Shown here: piece by piece, positions 50,209-59,660 of the stretch
Layout of the letters: each line of letters opens with the position of its first letter
Numbering within the stretch: position 1 is the stretch's first letter
Source: Candidatus Multivoradales bacterium
GTDB taxonomy: Bacteria > Acidobacteriota > Thermoanaerobaculia > Multivoradales > Multivoraceae
Assembly: GCA_965223325.1 (NCBI GenBank)
Contig: CBDCWI010000001.1
Coordinates: 384,001-448,000, forward strand
Reading direction: 5' to 3'
Length of the DNA: 64,000 nt
Translations under genes and position numbers: made by a program
The notes under the pieces: model-generated
Database searches by the model: none
What the model saw: the letters and a program-made list of their open reading frames with translations, nothing else
What the model was told of the DNA's origin: nothing

Positions 50209-51603
50209 CTACGCCAGCAGCTCGTGAACCACGCGGCCGTGGACGTCGGTCAAGCGGAAATCGCGGCCCTGAAAGCGGTGGGTGAGCTTCGTGTGGTCGA
50301 TACCCAGCAGGTGAAGGATGGTTGCGTGCAGATCGTGCACGTCCAAGCCCTCCTCGACGACCGAGTAGCCGATGTCGTCGGTCACCCCGTACGAGAAGCC
50401 GGCCTTGATGCCACCCCCGGCCATCCACATGGTGAAGGCGTCGATGTGGTGGTCGCGCCCGACGGCCAGGCGCACCTCCCCCATCGGTGTGCGCCCGAAC
50501 TCACCGCCCCAGATCACCAGCGTGTCATCGAGCAGGCCGCGACGTTTCAGGTCTCTAACCAGCGCCGCCGAAGCCTGATCCACCTCCCGGCAGCGATCTT
50601 CGAGTGGCTTGCCGAGGTTGTTGTCAGGATCACCGTGGTGATCCCAGTCGGCATGGTAGAGCTGCACGAAGCGAACCCCCCGTTCGACCATGCGCCGTGC
50701 CAGCAAGCAGTTCCTGGCAAACGATGGCCCATCGTCCAGGACCCCATAAAGCGCTCGCGTCTCCTGGGTCTCTTTCGAGAGATCGATCAGCTCGGGAGAG
50801 CTTGCCTGCATACGAAAGGCCATCTCATACGACGCGATGCGCGACTGGATCGCCGCTTCGTCGACCTCACCGACTTGCAAGCGATCGAGCGTCGCCACCG
50901 TTTCGAAGAAGTCTTCCTGGCTCTCTTTGCCAACCCCCGGCGGGGTGCTCAGGTGGAGCACGGGCTCGGGCCCAGAGCGAAACGGTGTTCCCTGGTAGTG
51001 CGGTGGCAGAAAACCGTGCCCCCAAAGCGGCGCCCCCCCACGCGGGCCGCGGCTCCCCGATTGCAGCACGATAAAACCCGGAAGGTCCGCGGCTTCGCTG
51101 CCGATGCCGTACGTGATCCACGCTCCCATGCTCGGCCGCCCGAACCTGCCGAAGCCGGTGTTCATGAACAGCTTCGCGGGGCCGTGGTTGATCTCGTTGG
51201 TGGTCAGGCCGCGCACGAAACAAAGCTCATCGACGACTCTGGCCGTATGCGGGAGGAGTTCACTGACTGGCGCACCTGACGCGCCGTGACGGGTGAACTC
51301 GCGGGCCGTTCCGAGCAGCCTGGCACGGCTTGGATCGATGAACGCGAACCGTTTTCCGTTGGTGTTCTCTGCCGGTGGGGTTTTGCCGTTGAGCCGCTGC
51401 AATGTCTCCTTGGGCTCGAACAGTTCGAACTGACTGGGGCCACCGGCCATGAACAGAAAGATGACGTTCTTGGCTCGGGCTTCGCCGGCACGGGCTGCGC
51501 CGCTTCCGAGCAGGTGGTAGAGCGCGATCGATCCGAGGCCAACGCCGCCACCTCGCAAGAACTCCCGCCGGGCGATTCGTTTTGGGCTGTTTGGTCCAGT
51601 CAT
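50209..51603 (-). CDS. DUF1501 domain Tat-exported protein
   Basis: ARREFL, AKNVIFLFMAGGPSQ, RPSMGAW, ARRMVERGVRFVQ, WDHH, GGEFGRTP, GRDHH. Confidence 0.93.
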   Translation of the reverse strand: MTGPNSPKRIARREFLRGGGVGLGSIALYHLLGSGAARAGEARAKNVIFLFMAGGPSQFELFEPKETLQRLNGKTPPAENTNGKRFAFIDPSRARLLGTAREFTRHGASGAPVSELLPHTARVVDELCFVRGLTTNEINHGPAKLFMNTGFGRFGRPSMGAWITYGIGSEAADLPGFIVLQSGSRGPRGGAPLWGHGFLPPHYQGTPFRSGPEPVLHLSTPPGVGKESQEDFFETVATLDRLQVGEVDEAAIQSRIASYEMAFRMQASSPELIDLSKETQETRALYGVLDDGPSFARNCLLARRMVERGVRFVQLYHADWDHHGDPDNNLGKPLEDRCREVDQASAALVRDLKRRGLLDDTLVIWGGEFGRTPMGEVRLAVGRDHHIDAFTMWMAGGGIKAGFSYGVTDDIGYSVVEEGLDVHDLHATILHLLGIDHTKLTHRFQGRDFRLTDVHGRVVHELLA

Positions 51604-51633
51604 CTCTTCCTTCTCGAGGTCCCAGACGAACGT

Positions 51634-54420
51634 TCAGTTGCGATGGGAGAACTCCTCGGTGTTGAACAAAACGCGGGCGACAGCTGCCCAGGCGGCGTTC
51701 GGGTCGTCGGGGGTTCGATCCATCTCCCGGCGGAGGTAGGCAAGCATCACTTCGGCCTCCTTCTCGCGCGGTAGACGCGCCAGGGCAAGCTCGAACGCGC
51801 GCTCGAGGCGCTCCTGATCCGTCCCCGGCACTTTCATCACCCGACGGCCGAGGCCCTCGGCGAGCTCGAGAATCATCGGGTCGTTGGCAAGAGTCAGCGC
51901 CTGCAACGGAGTACTCGATGGAATGCGCCGGGTGCAAGCCACCGTCGGCTGCGGTGCATCGAAGGTGGTCAGGAACGGGTACGGACTCGAGCGCCACAAC
52001 CGCACGTAGAGCGATCGCCGGAACCGATCTTCGCCTTCGTCGGCAACCCAGCGCTTATTGGTCTGGGTAAAGGAAAACACGCCTTCGGGTTGGGGCGGCT
52101 GAGCCGGCGGGCCGCCAACCGTCGGTGTGAGAAGGCCACTCGCCCGAAGGGCGGAGTCTCTGATCGATTCGGCATCGAGACGGAGCCGTGACTGTCGCGC
52201 GAGCAGGCGATTGCGCGGGTCCCGCTGGCGGAGATCTGGGCGGGCCGCGGACGACTGGCGGTAGGTCTGTGAGGTGACGATCAGGCGGTGGATCTCTTTC
52301 ATCGAGAACCCGCGAGCCGGCAGCTGCGCTGCGATCCATTCGAGTAGCTCAGGGTGAGAGGGCGTCGCCCCCCGAATGCCGAAGTCGTTCTCGGTCTCCA
52401 CCAGGCCCAGGCCGAAGAAGCGTTGCCACCACCGGTTCACGGTCACGCGGTGCACGAGGGCGTTGTCTTCATGCACCAGCCAGCGCGCCAGGTCGAGCCG
52501 AGTTGTAGGTTGCACCTCTGCCTCACCCGAGGTGAGGAAGCGGTTCATCACCGGCGGAACGCCCGGTGTGACCACCTGCCCGGGGCTCTGAAAGTCGCCA
52601 CGCTCGAGCAGATGAGTCGTTCGCGCAGGAACCTGTGCCTGCATGACCAGACTGGTCGGCAGTTCGGGACGCCTGGCTTCGTGTTGCGCCAACGCCTCCC
52701 AGGCCACCCGCCAGCGTTCGGTAACGACGCCAGGAGGAACCGCGCCCTCGTCATCTCCTGGCGCAAAACTCACCCGGAAGCGGCCGAGAACATGGTTCTG
52801 ACCATGATCCTGCACGATCTCGAGATGGATCTCCTGGTCGCCCGACAGTGGCCCGCTAAGTGGAAACACGGCGACCTGCGGCTCACCGTCTGGCGAGAGC
52901 ACCTTCCACGGTTGTTCTCGTGAAAACGCTAGTTCTCGAAACGACTCCTCGGTACCGACCGGGCGAGCCGAGAACCGAACCTTGCTGACTACGAAGCTCC
53001 CGTCTTTTGCGCGGCCCGGGCCATGCGAGCGGAGTGCAAGATCGGGTAACGCCTCGACGCGAATCGCACGGATTCCTGCAACCGGCGCTAGACCCACGAG
53101 ATCGTAGAGCGATGTTTGCGGGTTGTGCGCAACGCTCCGGATCGAACCGTCTTTCGCAATGCGAAGTTCGGGCCCCTCGCTGGCGGTCAGGACCGTGGGG
53201 CGCCAGGTCACCCAGCCTGCTCCCGCTTCGCGCTCCGCCTCGGCCAGTTCGGCCTCGAACTCCCGCCGCTGGTCGAGGAAACGAGCGAGACGAGGCTCGG
53301 ACTCTTCGTCCGTGACCTCGACGAAGGGACCGGAGCTCACGCCGCCATCCGCTGTCTGGTCAAAGAACGCGAACATACGAAAATAGTCGACATGGGAAAC
53401 CGGGTCGAACTTGTGGGTATGGCACTGCGCACAGCCAAGAGTCGAGCCCAACCACACCGCTCCCGTGGTGTTGACTCGATCGATCACGGCGTTGATGCGA
53501 TTCTCCTCGTCTTTGGCGCCGCCTTCCTGGTTGATCTGCGTGTTGCGGTGAAACCCGGTGGCCACCAACTGCGCGTTCTGAGGATCCGGCAGAAGATCGC
53601 CGGCGAGCTGCTCGATGGTGAACTGATCAAACGGCATGTCGCGTTCGATGGCTCGAATCACCCAGTCCCTGTAGGGCCACATCGACCGCCGGCCATCGAT
53701 GGTGTAGCCGTTCGAGTCTGCGTAGCGTGCCAGGTCGAGCCAGTGGCGTGCCCAGCGCTCTGCGTAGTGTGGCGACCCGACCAACCGATCAACCAGCCGC
53801 TCGTAGGCGTCCTCCCGGTCGTCGGCCAGGAAGTCGCGCACCTCCTCGGGCGTTGGCGGCATCCCCACCAAATCGAGACTCAGCCGGCGAACGAGCTCAC
53901 GGCGCGAGGCCGGCGGCGAAGGCGCGATCCCTTCGCGCTCGAGACGAGCCCGCACAAAGCGATCGATCGCATGGTCCGAAGCGCCCGGTTGCGCCTCCTC
54001 GAGATCTGGCACGGTCACTTGGCGAAATGGCGCGTAGGCCCAGTGGGGAGCCCACCTGGCTCCCTCCTCGATCCATCGCCTGATGGTGTCGATCTGACTC
54101 GCCGTGAGCGCCGGCCCATGTTCGACCGGCGGCATGCGAAGTCGTCTGTTCTCCGAGCCCACCCGCAGCATGAGCATGCTCGCCTCAGGCTCACCGGGTT
54201 CTACGACATCGAGGAGAGACTCTGGGTGATCGAGGTACAGCTCAGCCTGACGGTTGGCTTCATCCGGTCCGTGGCAGAGCGTGCAGTGCTCGGCAAAGAT
54301 CGGCCGCACTTCTCGGGCGTAGTCAACCGCCTGCGCTTCGGACCGCGCCGGTAACTGCGCTGTGGCGATCCCAAGGAGAAGCGCCACGACACCCAAGTAC
54401 TTGATGGTTCGAAACCTCAC
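51634..54420 (-). CDS. Planctomycete-type cytochrome c + DUF1549/DUF1553 (PSD1) protein
   Basis: HCTLCHGPD, WLDLARYADSNG, CAQCHTHKFDP, RVTVNRWW..FFG.GLV, RRSLY, TPLQAL. Confidence 0.93.
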   Translation of the reverse strand: MRFRTIKYLGVVALLLGIATAQLPARSEAQAVDYAREVRPIFAEHCTLCHGPDEANRQAELYLDHPESLLDVVEPGEPEASMLMLRVGSENRRLRMPPVEHGPALTASQIDTIRRWIEEGARWAPHWAYAPFRQVTVPDLEEAQPGASDHAIDRFVRARLEREGIAPSPPASRRELVRRLSLDLVGMPPTPEEVRDFLADDREDAYERLVDRLVGSPHYAERWARHWLDLARYADSNGYTIDGRRSMWPYRDWVIRAIERDMPFDQFTIEQLAGDLLPDPQNAQLVATGFHRNTQINQEGGAKDEENRINAVIDRVNTTGAVWLGSTLGCAQCHTHKFDPVSHVDYFRMFAFFDQTADGGVSSGPFVEVTDEESEPRLARFLDQRREFEAELAEAEREAGAGWVTWRPTVLTASEGPELRIAKDGSIRSVAHNPQTSLYDLVGLAPVAGIRAIRVEALPDLALRSHGPGRAKDGSFVVSKVRFSARPVGTEESFRELAFSREQPWKVLSPDGEPQVAVFPLSGPLSGDQEIHLEIVQDHGQNHVLGRFRVSFAPGDDEGAVPPGVVTERWRVAWEALAQHEARRPELPTSLVMQAQVPARTTHLLERGDFQSPGQVVTPGVPPVMNRFLTSGEAEVQPTTRLDLARWLVHEDNALVHRVTVNRWWQRFFGLGLVETENDFGIRGATPSHPELLEWIAAQLPARGFSMKEIHRLIVTSQTYRQSSAARPDLRQRDPRNRLLARQSRLRLDAESIRDSALRASGLLTPTVGGPPAQPPQPEGVFSFTQTNKRWVADEGEDRFRRSLYVRLWRSSPYPFLTTFDAPQPTVACTRRIPSSTPLQALTLANDPMILELAEGLGRRVMKVPGTDQERLERAFELALARLPREKEAEVMLAYLRREMDRTPDDPNAAWAAVARVLFNTEEFSHRN

Positions 54421-54950
54421 AACGGAGTGTTGGAGGTCGTTATCGGTTCGCCGGACAGCTCATTTGCGACCAGTCTACAAACCCTGCACGAGGTTGGTCC
54501 AACGCCTTCCCCAGCACTTCGCTCGGCTGTCGGTAGGAAGGTGAAGACATTCTCCGCCACCGGCGATCTGACCGGCGAAGCGTTCGCGGCAACCATGAAT
54601 GCCCCAGAACCGATGACGCCTCTAGGAGAACTCTTTGCGATGCAGAAGCTGCACGGCGGCGAGAGCGGCGACAAGGTCACGATTCCGAGTGGCAGGCAGC
54701 CAATCCACCCTCTCTGCTCGAGGGCCAGGCAGTCCTTTTCAGGTGGCGAGGACACGGCTTCAGAAGCACCAGGCCAGAACCGCCAGGAATCGAGACAGCC
54801 GATGAAGACGGCAGCAACGGGCGGTAGCTCCCCTTACGCGTTCAGAATCCAGCCGGATGACGTAACGCTCGGCGTCGCCTGGCGTCCCACCGTCAGAGCC
54901 CCGACTCACATCCTTCTCACCAGGTCACAGTCCGAGTGACATGAGGGCCC

Positions 54951-56378
54951 GTGACCGCGCAGCTGGCGGCATTCATGAATCTCCTCTTCCAAGTGCAGTT
55001 CGCACGGCGTACGACGCGCTCTCTCAAGCCTGTTGCCGCGCTGCTCGTGACCCTCCTCGGCCCAACCCTCCTGAGCCCAGCCCTTCTGGCACAGCGCCCG
55101 TTGGTGATCGAGAACGTCACCGTCTTGCCGATGACGGCTGGCAACGAGGCAACCGGCCCCCACACAGTCGTCGTGCGCGAGGGAAGAATCGCCACCATCG
55201 GTGACGCCGCGAGTGACCGACTGAAACGACGAGCACAGGTCATCGATGGCAGCGGGCGTTTCCTCATTCCTGGCCTCGTCGACGCGCACGTACACATCAA
55301 TCGAAGCGACGACGACTCGAAACGGCTGCGCGATCTCTTTCTGCTGCACGGCATCACCACGATCATCAACCTCGAGGGGTCGGCACGGGTGGCGGCCCTG
55401 CGCGACCGGATTGCCGCCGGCGAGGAGCTCGGCCCGACCATCGTCACCTCCGGCGCCATCCTGCGCGGGTCGGACCGCACCACCGAGGAACAGGGGCGGC
55501 GCCTCGTGCAAATGCACAAAGAGGCCGGCTACGACCTGGTCAAGGTCTACAACCCGCTCTCCGAAGCCGGCTACCGGGGGGTCGTCGACGAGGCCCGCAA
55601 GCACTCGATTCCTGTAGTCGGCCATGCAGTTCGCTCGGTCGGCATCGACGGCGCCCTCGCGTCTGGACAGCACATCGTGCACATGGAAGAAATGGTCTAC
55701 GGCCACTTCACCTGGGACAAACGGCCAGACCAACCCGCGCCCGGTGTTCTGCCCACCGACGTCGTGGAGCGCCTCGACCTGCTCCTTGATCCAAGCGAGA
55801 TTCCTGAGCTCGCACGGCGCGTCAAGGAGGCTGGGATCTGGGTCACACCCAATCTGGTTGCCTACTTCGGAATTGTCGAGCAAACCAACGATCTCGAGGC
55901 AGTCCTGGCCCGCGAGAAGGTCGCCTGGATGCCGGAATCGATGCGCAGCCGCTGGCAGCGCGAGTTCAACGGCTACGTCAATCGAGACAACCAGACTCGC
56001 TTCGAACGCGCGGTGGTCCGCACCTATCCGTTTCTCGAGCAGCTCACCCGGGCCTTCGCAGAAGCCGGCGTGCCGCTCCTGGCAGGAACCGATGTTGGCA
56101 TCCCCTCGGTGGTCGCCGGAGACTCTCTCCACAGGGAGCTCGAACTTCTGGTTGCTGCAGGCCTCAGCGAGAGGCAGGCTCTCCGGGCCGCTACCAGCAG
56201 CGCCGCTCTCTTTCTGGGGCGAGACGATTTCGGTCGCATCGAGGTCGGTGCCAGAGCGGACCTGGTCCTGCTCGCGGCCGACCCGCGGCAGGCAATCAGC
56301 AACACCCGCAAGATCGAAGCCGTCATCGTCGGCGGCCACGTCGTCGACCTCGGGGCGATCCGCGAGGGACTACCCTGA
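54951..56378 (+). CDS. Amidohydrolase family protein
   Basis: IDGSGRFLIPGLVDAHVH, LLAGTD, GRIEVGARADLVLL..DP. Start uncertain. Confidence 0.9.
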   Translation: MTAQLAAFMNLLFQVQFARRTTRSLKPVAALLVTLLGPTLLSPALLAQRPLVIENVTVLPMTAGNEATGPHTVVVREGRIATIGDAASDRLKRRAQVIDGSGRFLIPGLVDAHVHINRSDDDSKRLRDLFLLHGITTIINLEGSARVAALRDRIAAGEELGPTIVTSGAILRGSDRTTEEQGRRLVQMHKEAGYDLVKVYNPLSEAGYRGVVDEARKHSIPVVGHAVRSVGIDGALASGQHIVHMEEMVYGHFTWDKRPDQPAPGVLPTDVVERLDLLLDPSEIPELARRVKEAGIWVTPNLVAYFGIVEQTNDLEAVLAREKVAWMPESMRSRWQREFNGYVNRDNQTRFERAVVRTYPFLEQLTRAFAEAGVPLLAGTDVGIPSVVAGDSLHRELELLVAAGLSERQALRAATSSAALFLGRDDFGRIEVGARADLVLLAADPRQAISNTRKIEAVIVGGHVVDLGAIREGLP

Positions 56379-56501
56379 GGACGACTGGGCTGGGCACTTC
56401 CCGGCGCCTACCGTACGGCACCTCCCGAAACTCGGGCGCCCCCGGGGCGTACAGGGGTAGACAGATCCCAGTGACCTGAGAAACGCCTGCGAGAGAACGA
56501 C

Positions 56502-56987
56502 GTGCCACGCCCTCTGGAAGACTCCGCTCATCAGTCGTTGCTTCAAACCTCCGAATTCATCGCCGTGGTGGTGCTGGCGGCCGGAGCGGCCATCGAGTAC
56601 TTCTTTGGCGGTGGCTGGTCGCTACCGCTTTCGCCACCGCTTCGCGTAGCGATCGGTCTTGGCGTCGCCGGCACCGGTCTCGTGTTGATCGCAGCGAGCA
56701 AGGCGGCACTCGGAAAGGCATCTCAGCCGTCGGAACCCGGGCGGCCGACCACTGAGATCGTGACTTCAGGCATCTATCGGCACAGTCGCAATCCGACCTA
56801 CCTCGGACTCAGCCTGGTCCTCCTGGGGGTCGGGATCGCAACCAACATGGCCGCCTGGATCGTGGGTTCGTTCATCGCCCTCTTGTCGATGCACATCTTT
56901 CTGGTGCGACCCGAAGAGCGCTACCTGGCAGATCGATTCCCGGAGGGGTTTCGGGCGTACCGGTCCAGAGTGCGGCGCTGGATTTGA
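56502..56987 (+). CDS. Isoprenylcysteine carboxyl methyltransferase / PEMT-like membrane protein
   Basis: TSGIYRHSRNPTYLG, EERYL, Y..RVRRWI. Confidence 0.88.
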   Translation: MPRPLEDSAHQSLLQTSEFIAVVVLAAGAAIEYFFGGGWSLPLSPPLRVAIGLGVAGTGLVLIAASKAALGKASQPSEPGRPTTEIVTSGIYRHSRNPTYLGLSLVLLGVGIATNMAAWIVGSFIALLSMHIFLVRPEERYLADRFPEGFRAYRSRVRRWI

Positions 56988-57168
56988 AAGCCCCTACACC
57001 ACACCCTTCGACCTGCACCGGTCCCAGGCTCATCCCGAAGAGCGGCGAGGTCGATCAACCGTCGATGCACCGGTAGAATGCAGAATCCCAATGTCGAGAA
57101 ACCGCCGCGGCCACGGTCTCGCTACCGCACGGCTGCCTCTATCGGAGTTGACTCTTTCGGAGACTGTA

Positions 57169-59616
57169 ATGGATTCCCTGCGCTCGCTCGTTGTGACGGT
57201 TCGATCGCTCCTCCGAGAGCCGATCTATGCGCTCGCTTTCGTTTTGACCCTCGGTCTTGGAATCGGCGCCAACACCGCCATCTTCAGCCTCGTCAACGGC
57301 GTTCTCCTGCGCCCACTGCCCTACCCGCACGCCGACCGGATCGTCTATCTCGAAAACGCCGCCACCAAGCCGGGCATCGAGAACGTCAATTTCTCGTTCC
57401 CAGAGGTGGCGGACTATCGCGCCAGCGTCTCATCGCTCGAAGAGATCGTCGAGTTCGGCGACTGGACGTTCAGCGTGCTCGGCCGCGGCGAGCCCCATCG
57501 CGCCGTCGCCGGTCTGGTGACGGCGAACTTCTTCGAGGTCCTCGGCATGAAACCCATCAAGGGCCGGGTCCTGCAGCCCGAAGATCGCTCCGAAGGGGCC
57601 GAGCCGGTCGTTCTCTTGACCTACGAGTACTGGCAGAGAGTGCTGAATGGCGACCCGGACATCGTTGGACAGTCGCTCGACTTGACGTCGAAGGTCGCCA
57701 CCATCGTTGGCGTTCTCGAACCTGGCGCCCACTACGCCACCAAACGGCGCCAGGACTTCTACGCCAACTACACCACCAACGACCACTACAGCTCCGCCAC
57801 CATGGAAGACGATCGGCGTCATCGTATGACCGACGTTTTCGCGCGTCTGGCCCCGGGGGTGACGGTCGACCAGGCGGCGGCAGACCTCAACCGGGTTCTC
57901 GCCAACTTCCACCGCGACTTTCCCGACGACTATCCCGAAATGCTCGGCCTCGAAGTCGTGGTGACGCCCTGGAAGGACGAACTCGTCGATCGCGCCCAGT
58001 CGACGCTCATCTTGTTGCTCGGCGCAGCGCTGTTCGTTTTGGTGATTGCCTGTGCCAACGTCGCCAACCTGACTCTGGCGCGCTCTCTGCGCCGGGAACG
58101 TGAGCTCGCGGTGCGCGCCGCGCTCGGTGCCCCTGGGCGAAGGATCCGGGCACAGCTTTTTCTCGAAAGCCTCGTCCTGGCCACGGCCGGTGCAGTTCTC
58201 GGTCTCATCCTCGCTTACGGGTTGCTCGATGTCCTGCGGGCCTACACTTCACGGCTGACTACCCGCACCGGCGAGATCGCCATCGATGGCGGTGTCTTGT
58301 TCTTCACTCTGGCGGTGGCGGTGCTGACCGCGGTGGCATTCTCACTGGTCCCCGGCCTGGTGCCTGCCAAGCGACTCGGTTCGGCTCTTTCCGCTGGCGC
58401 CGCCCGCGCTACGGCGACCGGAACGCGTCGCTTCCTTCAGCGCGCCCTGGTCACCAGCCAGTTGGCGGTTTCCTTCATCCTCCTGGTCGGTGCCGGCCTA
58501 CTGGTTCGTACGCTCACCAACCTACACGCGGTCGATCCTGGATACGAACTCGACAGCGTGCTGAGCGTCGAGGCTCCCAAGGACTTCGAAGCCACCACTC
58601 CCGAGGAGAACCGACGTTTCGCGCGCGGCGTGGTCGCCGACCTCGGAAGCCTGCCGTCGGTCGAATCGGTGGCCCTCGCACAGACCGCGCCGCTCAACGG
58701 CGGCGAGCGTTTTCCCATTGAGCTCCACGTCGAAGGTGTCGGGGAAGACGCCCAGTCGACTTCGATTCCGGCACTCTTCGAAACCGCGTCGGCGGACTAC
58801 TTCTCGGCCCTCGGTCTCGAGATCATCGAAGGCCGCAGCTTCAGAACCTCCGACGACGCCGAAGCGCCGAAGGTCGCGATCCTCAACCAGGCGGCGGCCA
58901 GGCACTACTTCGGCGACAAAGATCCCATCGGACGCCGCGTCGCCTACACCTTCGGCGGTGGTTTCTCCTTCGACGACTCCTGGCTCACCCTGGTGGGGGT
59001 GGTCGAAGACGCTCGAATCACGTCCCTCGAGAGCTCCGGCCAGCATGTTCTCTATCTGCCCGAGGCACAGTCCTTCCCCGCACAGACAGTCCTGGTGCGC
59101 ACCGCAGGCGACCCCAAGCCCATCGCACCGCAGGTCATCGAAAAGCTGCGCGCGCTCGATCCCGAGCGACCACTCGAACACGTCTATACGCTGGCCGAGC
59201 TACGCGACGAGTCGCTTCAACCGCAGCGCCTGAACGCCATTCTGTTCGCGATCTTTGCCGCCCTGGCGCTCTCGATCGCTGCCGTGGGCGTCGCCGGCGT
59301 GCTGGCCTTCATGGTCAGTGCAAGGCGACGCGAGCTCGGCATTCGGGCAGCGCTCGGCGCGGCTCCCGGCCGCTTGCAGTGGCTGGTGCTCAAGGACGGT
59401 GGTGCGATGGCGCTGGTGGGGCTCGCTCTCGGAGCCCTCGGCGGAATCGGCCTGACCCGCTTCCTGCAGAACCTGCTCTTCGAGGTCCAGCCGCTCGACG
59501 CAATGACCTTCATCGTGGTGGGCCTGCTGCTTCTGCTGGTGGCGCTGCTCGCCGCCCTGGTGCCGGCACGCTGGGCAACCAAGACGCCGGTGGTCGAGGT
59601 CTTGCGCGCCGAGTGA
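57169..59616 (+). CDS. ADOP-type duplicated ABC permease (MacB/FtsX-like)
   Basis: LTLGLGIGANTAIFS, LLRPLPY, LVIACANVANL, R.RELAVRAALGA, RRRELGIRAALGA, ending LRAE. GGAG RBS. Confidence 0.93.
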   Translation: MDSLRSLVVTVRSLLREPIYALAFVLTLGLGIGANTAIFSLVNGVLLRPLPYPHADRIVYLENAATKPGIENVNFSFPEVADYRASVSSLEEIVEFGDWTFSVLGRGEPHRAVAGLVTANFFEVLGMKPIKGRVLQPEDRSEGAEPVVLLTYEYWQRVLNGDPDIVGQSLDLTSKVATIVGVLEPGAHYATKRRQDFYANYTTNDHYSSATMEDDRRHRMTDVFARLAPGVTVDQAAADLNRVLANFHRDFPDDYPEMLGLEVVVTPWKDELVDRAQSTLILLLGAALFVLVIACANVANLTLARSLRRERELAVRAALGAPGRRIRAQLFLESLVLATAGAVLGLILAYGLLDVLRAYTSRLTTRTGEIAIDGGVLFFTLAVAVLTAVAFSLVPGLVPAKRLGSALSAGAARATATGTRRFLQRALVTSQLAVSFILLVGAGLLVRTLTNLHAVDPGYELDSVLSVEAPKDFEATTPEENRRFARGVVADLGSLPSVESVALAQTAPLNGGERFPIELHVEGVGEDAQSTSIPALFETASADYFSALGLEIIEGRSFRTSDDAEAPKVAILNQAAARHYFGDKDPIGRRVAYTFGGGFSFDDSWLTLVGVVEDARITSLESSGQHVLYLPEAQSFPAQTVLVRTAGDPKPIAPQVIEKLRALDPERPLEHVYTLAELRDESLQPQRLNAILFAIFAALALSIAAVGVAGVLAFMVSARRRELGIRAALGAAPGRLQWLVLKDGGAMALVGLALGALGGIGLTRFLQNLLFEVQPLDAMTFIVVGLLLLLVALLAALVPARWATKTPVVEVLRAE

Positions 59617-59660
59617 AGGCGCGCCAACGCAGGCTCCCGATCTCGGTGCCCGGCATGGCA

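Noticed and set aside
54417-54939. ORFs of 112 aa (-) and 170 aa (+) in the divergent spacer
   Set aside because: No recognisable motifs or RBS. Treated as intergenic, though a decayed gene cannot be excluded.
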